A stretch of 64,000 nt of DNA, taken from the NCBI GenBank assembly GCA_964579625.1, contig CAZOGU010000003.1, positions 4,995 through 68,994 of the forward strand, read 5' to 3'. A program made the translations under genes and the position numbers. Under the pieces are notes generated by a model, which was given only the letters and a program-made list of their open reading frames with translations, ran no database searches and was not told the DNA's origin. The DNA is from an uncultured Pseudobdellovibrionaceae bacterium (lineage in GTDB: Bacteria > Bdellovibrionota > Bdellovibrionia > Bdellovibrionales > JAGQZY01). Of this stretch, positions 25,789 to 35,305 are shown piece after piece; position 1 is the stretch's first letter; every line of letters starts with the position of its first letter.

Positions 25789-28781
25789 AAACCAAAGCCA
25801 TCCGCGCCGGTGCCGGTGCCGGAAAGACGTACAATCTCACACGCGAGGTGGTGGGGCAGGCCTTGGCCTTTCAACAAGAAAAACAGCGTTGGCCGCGCTT
25901 TGTGGTAACGACTTTTACTAAAAAAGCCACTCAAGAGTTGAGTGAGCGATTGATGGCCTTGGCTTTGGATGAATTTCCTCAAGCCATGGAATTTGTCTCC
26001 TCTCCGCAGCTTCTCAAGGTGAGCACTATTCACGGCGTACTCGATGACTTTCTTAAGGAGCAAGGCCACGTGATCGGTTTAAAAAGCGATTTTTCGTATC
26101 TTAAAGAAGGAGAGGCGCTCTTTCTCTCTAAGAAAACCCTCAAATCCATCGTCGAAGAAGGTGTTGCAAATATCCATTCTCTTTTTGCCTATTTTTCCTT
26201 TTCTCAACTGCATGATTTTCTGCGAACAAGTTCGCACAGAGATTTGTATGGCTACAAACCACTTTCTTTGTCCGAATCCTTAGAATTGCTGCAAACCAAA
26301 CTGACTGAGATACGTCTGCAAGTTCAGAAGGTTCTCTCCCTTATTCCTCAACACGAGCTTCCGCCCAAATGGAAGACCATTGAATCTGTTTTTGTACGAA
26401 TTGAGAATTTTCTCAATTTAGAAGCTTGGAAGAGTCCCGAGGAAGCCATTTCCCTGATTGATGATTTGGATTTGCGCAGCGGACTTAAACTCAAAAGTCA
26501 TCCCGATAGCGCTATCCTTTATGAGGGTCTTAAAGAGACCGTCGAAGCCTTAAGGGATTTAACTCATCCTTCCTGTCAGATCTCGACAATACAAAATCTA
26601 GCAAATTGCAATTTTGACTTTGAATCGCTTCGAAAAGAATATGGCCAGCGATTGAGCCACGCCAAAATATCGAGCAGTCGTATCGAAATGAGTGACCTCG
26701 AGATGTTCTCATTAATGGTCTTACGACAAGACCCGCGAAGCGCAGGACAGTGGGCGCATAAAAAAGACTATTGGTTTATCGATGAGTTCCAAGATACGAG
26801 CCCGCAACAATTAACAATTTTAAAAGCACTGATTCAAAATCGCCCTTATTACCTCGTGGGTGACCCTCAGCAGAGTATTTACCTGTTTCGAGGGGCTCGT
26901 TCCGAAGTGTTCTCCGAACAATTTCAGATCGTCGAGCAGGCGGGAGGAGAACTTTGCTTTTTAAATAAAAACTACCGCTCGACACCGCAAATTTTATCGC
27001 TGATCAATCACAGTGCGTTCTACCTGGGGGAAAATTTTGCCGAAATGGAAACTGCCAAAGAGCTCGCATCGAGTGCCGAGGACGTGGTTGTTTTTGTTGC
27101 TGCAGAGCCAGAGAATAAAAATGACTTTTCGGAAGAACTCAAATTTATCGAACAGTCGATTCATCAGCTGCAATCCGACGGAGTCACACTTGATCAAGTT
27201 GCTATTTTGGTGCGTAGAAATAAAGATTTAGAGCGCGTAGGTCAGTTTCTATCGCAAAAAAAGATCCCGGTGCATCTCCACTCTTCCGGTCTTTTTTGGA
27301 AACGACGTGAGGTGCGAGCGGCTTTAAGTCTTTTGCGTTTTTTAATTCAACCCCAAGACAACGAAAATCTCGTGCAACTTCTCAGAGTGCCATTAATGAC
27401 CATCACCGATCAAAATCTGGTCGATCTTATGTCCTTGCCTGGAGATTCTCTGTGGGAAAAAATGAAGGACGGCTGCTCAAACGGATTGTATGGACGATCA
27501 GGACGTCTCCTTTTTGAGGCTCGAAAGAACCAACAGACACTTGGACTTGTTGTTGCGTTTGAACAACTCCAGCGTGATTTGGGCTTCTTTGAATTTCATC
27601 TTCAAATGGACCCGACAGGGCGTGGAGAAGGAAATCTATGGAAGTTTTTGGGCCTTGTTAAAAACTTCGAAAGAGAACGGGGTGCTGCCTTTGTTCAGTT
27701 TGTGAACGATTGCGAAAAAGCGATCGACAACGAAGCCTCCGTGGATTCGCCGGGATCGGTTGAGAAAAACAAAGTCAATGTGATGACCGTTCACGCCTCA
27801 AAGGGACTGCAATTTGATTATTTATTTTTACCGTTTCTGGCTCCCAAGCCCTACCGAGAGCATCATTCCGTATTTTCTGTCGACGAACAGAATCAGCGCT
27901 GGTCGGTAAGAGCACCGGCAAGTGAGTTTGACACTCAATCCACATCCTCACTTTTTGAAAAAAATGTTCTAGCGCAATTTCACGAAAGACAAGATGAAGA
28001 AGATCTCCGTGTTCTTTATGTGGCGTTGACTCGCGCCATCCGCAAAGTTTACTTATCTTGGACGCCTCCTGCACACAAAGACTCTTGGGCTCAGGTCATG
28101 AGCTTTCTTTTGGAAAAAGAAAACCAAAAGAAGTTCGAGTTCCGTTTAAAAATAGTAGATTCTGCCGTTGATTTTAAAGAATCAGCGAAAGTGGATCAAT
28201 CTATCGCTCAGGGCGCCATCCGCCCTGTTTTTCAAAATCAGACGGCAGAGCAGCTACAGATTCGTTCACAAGCTGTGACTCAGCTCGTTTCTAAAAATCA
28301 AAAGAGCTACCGTGCGGCTTATATTAAAAAGCAGCAAGGGATTTTGTTTCATAAGCTGGTCGAGGTTATTAAGTATCCAGTGAGCAAAGATATTCCCGCA
28401 CTTTTAAACTCTTGGTTTGGTGAACAGCAAGAAGATGTATTAAAGGCACTGAACTACACCCTCACTTTGCAAGAGCCGCCTTTGGTTGAGATCATGAAAG
28501 TTGGTAAGGTTGAATGGGCCTTTCGTTTGATCAAAGACGATCAGACAATCGACGGACAAGTGGATCTCTGGGCGATTTACGAGGACACATTATGGATCGT
28601 GGATTACAAGTCCGGAGAAAAAATTCTCCTTGATAAATCATTTGCTCAGTTGGCGGTTTATGCAGAAGCAATTCAACAGCACCTCAAGTGGCAAGGACTA
28701 GTTAAAACATCTGTTCTCTATCCGTTTTTACAGACGAGTTTTGTGCGAACTCTTTATGAGATCGGCTCTAAGAATGAATAA
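25746..28781 (+). CDS. addA: AddA-like UvrD/Rep-family helicase with C-terminal PD-(D/E)XK nuclease
   Basis: Motifs are AGAGAGKTYNL (Walker A), DEFQDTSPQQ, VMTVHASKGLQFD and LYVALTRA, with C-terminal VDLW...IVDYKSG. Start is ambiguous among 25737, 25746, 25752 and 25764. Confidence 0.85.
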   Translation: MSMESAMSSAPSSLKTKAIRAGAGAGKTYNLTREVVGQALAFQQEKQRWPRFVVTTFTKKATQELSERLMALALDEFPQAMEFVSSPQLLKVSTIHGVLDDFLKEQGHVIGLKSDFSYLKEGEALFLSKKTLKSIVEEGVANIHSLFAYFSFSQLHDFLRTSSHRDLYGYKPLSLSESLELLQTKLTEIRLQVQKVLSLIPQHELPPKWKTIESVFVRIENFLNLEAWKSPEEAISLIDDLDLRSGLKLKSHPDSAILYEGLKETVEALRDLTHPSCQISTIQNLANCNFDFESLRKEYGQRLSHAKISSSRIEMSDLEMFSLMVLRQDPRSAGQWAHKKDYWFIDEFQDTSPQQLTILKALIQNRPYYLVGDPQQSIYLFRGARSEVFSEQFQIVEQAGGELCFLNKNYRSTPQILSLINHSAFYLGENFAEMETAKELASSAEDVVVFVAAEPENKNDFSEELKFIEQSIHQLQSDGVTLDQVAILVRRNKDLERVGQFLSQKKIPVHLHSSGLFWKRREVRAALSLLRFLIQPQDNENLVQLLRVPLMTITDQNLVDLMSLPGDSLWEKMKDGCSNGLYGRSGRLLFEARKNQQTLGLVVAFEQLQRDLGFFEFHLQMDPTGRGEGNLWKFLGLVKNFERERGAAFVQFVNDCEKAIDNEASVDSPGSVEKNKVNVMTVHASKGLQFDYLFLPFLAPKPYREHHSVFSVDEQNQRWSVRAPASEFDTQSTSSLFEKNVLAQFHERQDEEDLRVLYVALTRAIRKVYLSWTPPAHKDSWAQVMSFLLEKENQKKFEFRLKIVDSAVDFKESAKVDQSIAQGAIRPVFQNQTAEQLQIRSQAVTQLVSKNQKSYRAAYIKKQQGILFHKLVEVIKYPVSKDIPALLNSWFGEQQEDVLKALNYTLTLQEPPLVEIMKVGKVEWAFRLIKDDQTIDGQVDLWAIYEDTLWIVDYKSGEKILLDKSFAQLAVYAEAIQQHLKWQGLVKTSVLYPFLQTSFVRTLYEIGSKNE

Positions 28782-28784
28782 AGT

Positions 28785-29354
28785 TTATTTGGGGACGAAT
28801 TGGATGGACTTGTTGCCAAGAGGTCCGGTGATCGTGAGTTTGAGGCTTTGCCCTTCTATGGAGGCCAAAGCCACCGGGAACTCCAGCATATAAGCTGTGG
28901 TGAAGCGATTGTGATTAGGATAAATTGTCATAAGCTCTGTAGCACTTGTGCGAACGCGTTTAGCAGTTCCTGTGTAACGACCATAAGGGCCTTCTAAGTA
29001 CAAAGCCCAAATAGTTTTTGATGAAGAGAGGTTATCATCTCTGCGATTTGGAGTGTAGAAGCTTAAAAACACTTTTGTCATCGTACCATTGTCGGCCTGC
29101 ATGACAGATAGTTCTTGCTGTTTTTTAACAGCATCCCACAAATACAGAGTGGCTTTGCGGTCGATGATGGCATTTTGGATCACACTGTTCATCAAAGTCG
29201 CGCGGAAATTAAAATTATTATAAGCGCCCACATATTCAATTTGTCCATCGCTGTAAGAGTCGATCACTTTAATGTAATCATCAGGGGTCGCCGGTGTTTC
29301 TGTGGCACAGGCTGCAAACAAAAGGACGAAGGGAGCTAAAAAGATTTTCTTCAT
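28785..29354 (-). CDS. Lipoprotein, unknown function
   Basis: 189 aa with lipobox FVLLFAACATE. Confidence 0.65.
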   Translation of the reverse strand: MKKIFLAPFVLLFAACATETPATPDDYIKVIDSYSDGQIEYVGAYNNFNFRATLMNSVIQNAIIDRKATLYLWDAVKKQQELSVMQADNGTMTKVFLSFYTPNRRDDNLSSSKTIWALYLEGPYGRYTGTAKRVRTSATELMTIYPNHNRFTTAYMLEFPVALASIEGQSLKLTITGPLGNKSIQFVPK

Positions 29355-30250
29355 AGTTTAAATTCTCTTAAAAAGTGAACGAAGTCGTCAATAACTTCTT
29401 GTTTGTTGAGGTCATTAAAAATTTCATGATAGCTATCGGGATAAACTTTCAGCTCTTTTTTAGCCGTACCCACATGATTGTAAAACTCCTGAGTGGCCAG
29501 AGTGTCCACAATACGATCTAGACCGGCTGCCTGAATAAGAAGGGGCTGCTGAATCTCGCGAGCTCTCGCGTGTGTGTCCTTCATGGCATTGAGGATCCCA
29601 AAATACAATGGAGCCGAAAACTTATTGTGACGAAGGGGGTCTTTGTAATAAGTTTTAATCACCTCCGCGTCGCGACTAAGATCTTCATAAATAATTTGAT
29701 GGGGAATAGTCAATTTAGGAGCGACATGCATTAAAATGCGAGCGGCCTGATCTTTGATAAAAGGAACTTCCACTGTGACTCCAAGAGCCGGCGAGCTGAG
29801 ACAGTAGGCAGAAATTGGAAAGGTCGGATTTTGTAAAGCAAATTGCAACGTAATCAGTCCGCCCATGGAGTGTCCAAAAATAAAAAACGGCCTTGTTCCA
29901 GAGGATTTTTTAACCTCCAGAGCCACCTGCAAAAGCCGATCGGTGTACTCCGCAAACGAACTCACATACCCACGCTGCCCGTAGGACTTTCCGTGCCCCG
30001 GTAAATCCCATGCCCACACTTCAATATTTTTCTGATTCAAAGCCTCAGCAGTGAGATGGTAGCACTCCGAATGCTCAGCCACCCCATGAGTCATCAAAAC
30101 CGTGGCCGTAGGAGTTCCACTAGGAGTCCACTTTTGCAAAAAAAGCGACTCACCAAGAGGCCCACATTTAAAAACAATTTCAGCACGTTGTGACATAACC
30201 CGTAGACTATAACAATCCCAAGCACTTGGGTATTCATTTTGGCGGACCAT
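29351..30250 (-). CDS. Alpha/beta hydrolase (lysophospholipase / monoacylglycerol-lipase type)
   Basis: Motifs HGVAEHSECY and GHSMGG (nucleophile elbow). Start moved to ATG 30250, which has AGGGGA 5 nt upstream. The longer ORF start lies inside the 30282-30411 palindrome. Confidence 0.85.
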   Translation of the reverse strand: MVRQNEYPSAWDCYSLRVMSQRAEIVFKCGPLGESLFLQKWTPSGTPTATVLMTHGVAEHSECYHLTAEALNQKNIEVWAWDLPGHGKSYGQRGYVSSFAEYTDRLLQVALEVKKSSGTRPFFIFGHSMGGLITLQFALQNPTFPISAYCLSSPALGVTVEVPFIKDQAARILMHVAPKLTIPHQIIYEDLSRDAEVIKTYYKDPLRHNKFSAPLYFGILNAMKDTHARAREIQQPLLIQAAGLDRIVDTLATQEFYNHVGTAKKELKVYPDSYHEIFNDLNKQEVIDDFVHFLREFKL

Positions 30251-30281
30251 TTCAGTCCCCTGGCCAGTGCGGACATCGAAC

Positions 30282-30411
30282 GTCGAAGAAGGGGCCGTCT
30301 TTAAAACTCTCTTTTTTGGACCTCTCGCCAACAGGATGTTGGATCGTGCGAGCAGAGCCCCGGACGGGCGTGTCCAAAAAAGAGAGTTTTAAAGACGGCC
30401 CCTTCTTCGAC
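30282..30411. repeat. Perfect palindrome: 40-bp stem enclosing a 50-nt structured loop
   Basis: 30282-30321 (GTCGAAGAAGGGGCCGTCTTTAAAACTCTCTTTTTTGGAC) is the exact reverse complement of 30372-30411. The loop contains CCAACA-gga-TGTTGG and GCCC-cggac-GGGC mini-hairpins. Confidence 0.95.
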
Positions 30412-30515
30412 CGTTTGGGGGAGCTAGACTTTTGTCTAAGGTCGGGTCGAGAGCCTTTTGTTGATTAACAAAACAGCATACGATGGGGAAGGTGTTCGCT
30501 GTGATTTGGGGGACT

Positions 30516-31850
30516 ATGAAATTACGTTTAAAATACCTGGGTTTTTTAGCACTTTTTCTAACGGGATCTTTTTTGATCGTCACGTGGAAGGCCTATGATA
30601 TTTTTTCAAAAAAATATGCGCAAACGTATCAACATATGCAAATTCAGGATCTCGAAAAACAAGCGGTTGTCGTCAATCATCAATTCGAAAATCTGAAAAA
30701 TATTTTGCGCGCCAACGAAAACACCGAAGCCTTGCTTAAAGCACAAGGAATAGCACTTCTTGCGCATATTATTAAAGAAGATGGAAAGTGGAAAGCCCAA
30801 TGGTTTGAGGGGCAAGAAGGCATGCGCGCTCAGGCCAAGGGTGTTGCACAGCAAATTCCCTTTGATTCCTTATCGAGTTCCAAAAAATCGTGGCATTTTG
30901 TAAATATCAAAGATCACGGAAATCATTTGGCGTATGTCATCCCTGTTTTTACAGACGACAAAGTGAGTTATTACAGTTTCTTTTTTAAATCTGATTTTTT
31001 TGCAAAATGGTTTCAAGGTTCCAGCATGGCAGAAAACTTAACGGTAATGTCACCTCAAGTTGGGGAGATTTACACCTTTGGCGAAAAGGCTATCGAAGGT
31101 TTTGATAAACACAAAGGCATTCTTCAAAACAAACAAACGGGACTGTGGCCCATTTCTAAAAATTTGGCTTTGATTTCTTATTTTCATCCCGATTTGCAAC
31201 TCTTGTTTGTTAAAAACATTCATCTGCAAAGCCTTGTCATCGAAAGCTCGGCGTATTTGTGGGCGTTGTTTGCCATTATCGGCTTGCTAGTTGTGATGAG
31301 TCTTGTGGCACTGGATTTACTCTTCCGCGGTCTTTTTCAGCGCTTGGCTCTTTTAACCGGCGAAGTGCGCACGCATCAAAAAACCATTTCACTGCAAACA
31401 GATCGTTTTGTGGATGAACTTTCCGAACTGGAAGCGCGTTTGGATCATTGGCTACACGAGGAAGAAGCACCGACAGCGGCGAAGGCTCCAGTTGTTGCCG
31501 CTGAAGGGATTGTCGAAAAAGTCGCAGCTCCGACAGAGTCACTCATTCAAGAGCTACGTCCCAAGACGATCAACTGCTTGGGTTATCTCAACCGCCTCAA
31601 AACGCAGCTCAAAGAGGAGTCTCCCAATCTCCATCTGTTAGAAAAAGAACTGCGCGAGCTTCGCGCTCTGATGGAGCCTGCGCAAACGCCGCGACCTCCT
31701 CAACCGTCATTCAATCCTCTGGCCACTGCAGTCACTCCAGAGAGTGAGCTTCTGCCGAGTGACACCATTCAATCGGACCTCGATGTTCAGTCGCTTTTAA
31801 AATCGATTCGTAAGCCCAAAAGGGAGAGCCATGAATCTCAAAAGTTATAA
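30516..31850 (+). CDS. Membrane protein with a periplasmic-type domain between two TM segments and a coiled-coil/Pro-rich tail
   Basis: Start at MKLRLKYLGFLALFL, after GGGGGA. The second TM is LWALFAIIGLLVVMSLVALDLLF. No kinase or other catalytic motif is visible. Confidence 0.6.
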   Translation: MKLRLKYLGFLALFLTGSFLIVTWKAYDIFSKKYAQTYQHMQIQDLEKQAVVVNHQFENLKNILRANENTEALLKAQGIALLAHIIKEDGKWKAQWFEGQEGMRAQAKGVAQQIPFDSLSSSKKSWHFVNIKDHGNHLAYVIPVFTDDKVSYYSFFFKSDFFAKWFQGSSMAENLTVMSPQVGEIYTFGEKAIEGFDKHKGILQNKQTGLWPISKNLALISYFHPDLQLLFVKNIHLQSLVIESSAYLWALFAIIGLLVVMSLVALDLLFRGLFQRLALLTGEVRTHQKTISLQTDRFVDELSELEARLDHWLHEEEAPTAAKAPVVAAEGIVEKVAAPTESLIQELRPKTINCLGYLNRLKTQLKEESPNLHLLEKELRELRALMEPAQTPRPPQPSFNPLATAVTPESELLPSDTIQSDLDVQSLLKSIRKPKRESHESQKL

Positions 31851-33279
31851 TCACGAATTTTCTATTTTTGTTTTTGATGAGAACCCGGTGCAAGCGCGCT
31901 ATCTCAAAGAGACGTTGGCTCGTGAGGGCTATCAGGTGCAGTTTTATACGAGCGAAGATCTTTTTCAACAAGCCATTTACCTCACTCTGCCACACATTGT
32001 GATCTTACCGGCTGTCGAAAAAACCATTTTCCTCGCAGAGCAGGTGCAAAAAATCAGCCGCGAGATTCAAATCTTTGCGGTGGGTCCAGCGGCGGAAGGC
32101 GAAAGGCTACATCGTCTTTTGGAACTTAAAAAAATCTACGACTATGTTCTCGATCCAGTGACCCTTCCTGCCCAGTTTTTACATCGCATTGCTCGCGGAG
32201 TCGAAACTTGGATGCATACTATGATCAAAGAAGAAGTGGCTCAAGCCCCCATGGTTCCTGCGGCGGTGTCGACAGAAGAGATGCGGGCCTTGGATTTTAT
32301 CGAAGTGTCAGAGGGGCCATCTGAAACAAACGCCCCCGTGGTCGACACCACGCTCGGTGATTTGCTTCTTTGCGAAAGCGAAGAAGTGGCTGTGCAATTT
32401 GCTCTTAAACGTTTGCAAGATCTCTGTCGTAAAGATTTTATTTATCTCAAACATGATTTGCAAAACGAAACATTGATGTTGATGGATATTGCCTCGGGCA
32501 TGACGCCGCAACATCGTCAGCTGGGTTTAAAGTTGGATTTACTTCAAGACGTAGCTCATTTTTTCCTTCATCCGCACGATTACAAAATGTGGTCCGATTT
32601 TTTAACTCGAGTTTTTCATGCGGATCAAACCACCATTCGTTTGATTAAAAACAAAGACACTATTTTGGGAATGGTTGTCGCTCTAGGCGTGCTCAACGAT
32701 AGCGAAAATAAAGTGATGGATCACTTCTGTGGTGGGTTGACATTGATTTTGGACAATCATTTTAAATCGCGCTTGATCTTTGATCATCTGCCCCTCGAAA
32801 TGAAAACATTCTGTCTCAATAACAAATCGTTTTACGAAAAGCTCAATGGCGAGATTTCGCGAGCCCGGCGGCATGGAAACACGCTTTCGGTGGTGAGTTT
32901 TGAAGTCCGTTCTTCGCAAAAAGCATCGTTGCAAAAAGGCACCGCATTGCTGGCCAAAATTGCACAGCGATTCACTCGTGTCAGTGATTTTGTGGGACGA
33001 TTGGGTGACGCAAAAATCGCGATCGCCCTTCCGCAGACCGAACAAGACAAAGCCGCATTTGTGGCCAGTCGCCTGACATTGATTGCGCAAAAAGCGCTGA
33101 GCGAAAAGTATTTAAATGATGTCGAAATTGTTTGCGGCGTTAGCACCTTTCCGCAACTGGCAAATGATGCCATGAGTTTATTGCTCGGGAGCGAAGAGGC
33201 CAGCAGTCAAGCACAAGCATTTGAGGTTGTGCTTTACACCATTGAGTCAATTGAAGCTTTGGATTTACAAAACAGTTAA
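31831..33279 (+). CDS. Receiver-like N-terminal domain plus degenerate GGDEF-like C-terminal domain
   Basis: The C-terminus follows the GGDEF domain layout, but the signature is replaced by VGRLGDAKIAIALPQT. The N-terminus is REC-like (FVFDENP...) with VILPA where the phospho-Asp is expected. Overlaps the upstream gene by 20 nt. Confidence 0.6.
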   Translation: MNLKSYNHEFSIFVFDENPVQARYLKETLAREGYQVQFYTSEDLFQQAIYLTLPHIVILPAVEKTIFLAEQVQKISREIQIFAVGPAAEGERLHRLLELKKIYDYVLDPVTLPAQFLHRIARGVETWMHTMIKEEVAQAPMVPAAVSTEEMRALDFIEVSEGPSETNAPVVDTTLGDLLLCESEEVAVQFALKRLQDLCRKDFIYLKHDLQNETLMLMDIASGMTPQHRQLGLKLDLLQDVAHFFLHPHDYKMWSDFLTRVFHADQTTIRLIKNKDTILGMVVALGVLNDSENKVMDHFCGGLTLILDNHFKSRLIFDHLPLEMKTFCLNNKSFYEKLNGEISRARRHGNTLSVVSFEVRSSQKASLQKGTALLAKIAQRFTRVSDFVGRLGDAKIAIALPQTEQDKAAFVASRLTLIAQKALSEKYLNDVEIVCGVSTFPQLANDAMSLLLGSEEASSQAQAFEVVLYTIESIEALDLQNS

Positions 33280-33326
33280 GCTATTTTACAAAAACTTGAG
33301 CACCCTGAAAAAGAGAGACGACAGCG

Positions 33327-34472
33327 TTGGCAAAACCCCTCAGACCTTCTTATGTAGAGATTGATTTATTTTCTCTCGCTAAAAACTATCAGTTTTTTTC
33401 TGAGTCCTCTTTGGGAAAAAAATTCTTTTGTCCCATGGTCAAAGCCAATGCTTATGGGCACGGTGATGTTCAGATTGTTCCGCATCTCGAAAAATTAGGC
33501 TGTCAGCGTTTTGGAGTGGGACTTGTCGAAGAGGGTGTGCGTCTTCGCGAAAAAGCCAAAACCCGAGCGGAAATTCTTGTTTTTGGTTTTACTGGAGAAG
33601 AGGCGGTCAAAGAGCTTCTTCATCACTGCCTTACGCCCGTCGTGAGCGATTTCTACCAACTTGAACTTTTAGAAAAAATCAGTACGACATCTGTGGCTGT
33701 TCATCTCAAGTTCAACACCGGGATGAACCGTCTTGGTTTTACAGCCAGTGAAATCCCAAAACTGCTCACGCAACTCGATCAGTCTCAAAAAATCAAAGTC
33801 ATTGGTTTGGGAACCCATTTGATGTCGGCGGAAGATCTCGCCGACACGCAAGGACACTCGCGCACGCAATTGGAAATTTTTTCGCAAATTCTGCCTCAAT
33901 TTTCCTCACTTAAAAATCCTCTGATTCATGCGTATAACAGTTCTGGAGCTGCGCAAGCACTAGCGCTTCCTGATTATTCTCAAAAACATGCCTATGGTTT
34001 ACGCATTGGTTTGGGTTTATATGGTCTTCTCGCTTGTGATTCTGCTTTTCAACAAAAACTCTTCCCAGTGATGAGATTGAAATCTAAAATCGTGGCCGTG
34101 CAAAAAATAAAAAAGGGCCAGCCCGTCTCCTACGGAGCCACATGGGTGGCGGAGCGCGATACGGTTGTCGGGATTGTTCCGATGGGGTATGCCGATGGAA
34201 TTCCAACACAACTTTCCAATCGGGGAGTGGTGTGGGTGGGCGACAAAGGGTGTCCTGTTGTGGGGCGCGTGTGCATGGACTATACAATGATTGATGTGAC
34301 GGCGTTGCCAAACCCTCTCCATCTCGAAGTGGAATTTTTTGGCAAAGAGCACACCGCTGTGGACGTCGCTCATAAAGCATCGACCATTAGTTATGATGTG
34401 CTGACGCGGGTGTCGGAGCGTGTGCCGCGTGTCTTTATAGAGACCGCCGTGGAATCGGGAGCAAGTCAGTGA
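33327..34472 (+). CDS. alr: Alanine racemase
   Basis: 381 aa with a TTG start. VKANAYGHG PLP-lysine motif, and C-terminal CMDYTMIDV typical of Alr. Confidence 0.9.
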   Translation: MAKPLRPSYVEIDLFSLAKNYQFFSESSLGKKFFCPMVKANAYGHGDVQIVPHLEKLGCQRFGVGLVEEGVRLREKAKTRAEILVFGFTGEEAVKELLHHCLTPVVSDFYQLELLEKISTTSVAVHLKFNTGMNRLGFTASEIPKLLTQLDQSQKIKVIGLGTHLMSAEDLADTQGHSRTQLEIFSQILPQFSSLKNPLIHAYNSSGAAQALALPDYSQKHAYGLRIGLGLYGLLACDSAFQQKLFPVMRLKSKIVAVQKIKKGQPVSYGATWVAERDTVVGIVPMGYADGIPTQLSNRGVVWVGDKGCPVVGRVCMDYTMIDVTALPNPLHLEVEFFGKEHTAVDVAHKASTISYDVLTRVSERVPRVFIETAVESGASQ

Positions 34473-35305
34473 GTTGGATGCAGGTTCGTGAAAAATTAAA
34501 TGTCTTTCTGGATGATCTTGTCAAAGGCGTCGTCGATCTTTTTGCCGATTTTGTTTTTCAAATCGGTTTGTTGTTTCGTTTTTCCTCGCAAGGCATTCGA
34601 CTTTTTTTTAAGCGGCCCTATCGCTGGTCCGATCTCATTCAGCACATGGAGTTTGTTGGCAATAAATCAGTATTTATTATTGTCCTCACCGGAGTGTTTA
34701 CCGGAATGGCAGTTTCGTTTCAAATTTATCTCGGTTTTAAATTGATCAACGCCACAACTCTTGTGGGGCCAACGGTGGCTCTGGGTATCACTCGCGAACT
34801 GGGTCCAGTGCTTTCGGGTCTCATCGTGGCGGCGCGAGCCGGTGGAGCCATGGCTGCAAACTTAGGATCCATGCGTGTTTCCGAGCAGATTGATGCCATC
34901 GAAGTGATGGGTGTGGATCCCATTCGTTACTTGGTCTCGCCGCGAATCATGGCGGCAACGCTCACGATGCCTTTTTTAACTGGGATTTTTGATTTTGTGG
35001 CCATTGTGGGATCGTACTTTTTATGTGTTAAAATTTTAGATATTGATGATGCCATCTTTTGGGAAAAAACAAACTTGTGGTTGGACCCCAATCATATCAA
35101 CGAAGGATTGATCAAAGCGGCCGTGTTTGGTTTTATTTTTGCCTCTATTTGTTGCTACCGAGGATTTTTTACCAAAGGTGGCGCCAAAGATGTGGGCGAC
35201 GCAACCAATCGTGGTGTTGTTTTAAGCATGGTGCTGATCATTATCGTCGATTTCTTTTTGATGAACCTTATCGATCTTTACTATAAAATCACCGCCCATG
35301 TCTAA
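34469..35305 (+). CDS. mlaE: MlaE-like ABC transporter permease
   Basis: 278 aa, multi-TM, with the ITRELGPVLSGLIVAARAGGAMAA motif typical of MlaE/Ttg2B. Confidence 0.88.
   Translation: MSWMQVREKLNVFLDDLVKGVVDLFADFVFQIGLLFRFSSQGIRLFFKRPYRWSDLIQHMEFVGNKSVFIIVLTGVFTGMAVSFQIYLGFKLINATTLVGPTVALGITRELGPVLSGLIVAARAGGAMAANLGSMRVSEQIDAIEVMGVDPIRYLVSPRIMAATLTMPFLTGIFDFVAIVGSYFLCVKILDIDDAIFWEKTNLWLDPNHINEGLIKAAVFGFIFASICCYRGFFTKGGAKDVGDATNRGVVLSMVLIIIVDFFLMNLIDLYYKITAHV

Noticed and set aside
30251-30331. Longer N-terminus (MARGPKKRVLKTAPSSTFDV...) for the alpha/beta-hydrolase gene.
   Set aside because: The first 17 codons of this extension (30331 down to 30282) lie inside the left arm of the 30282-30411 palindrome. 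The internal ATG at 30250 has a good AGGGGA RBS and gives a normal hydrolase N-terminus.
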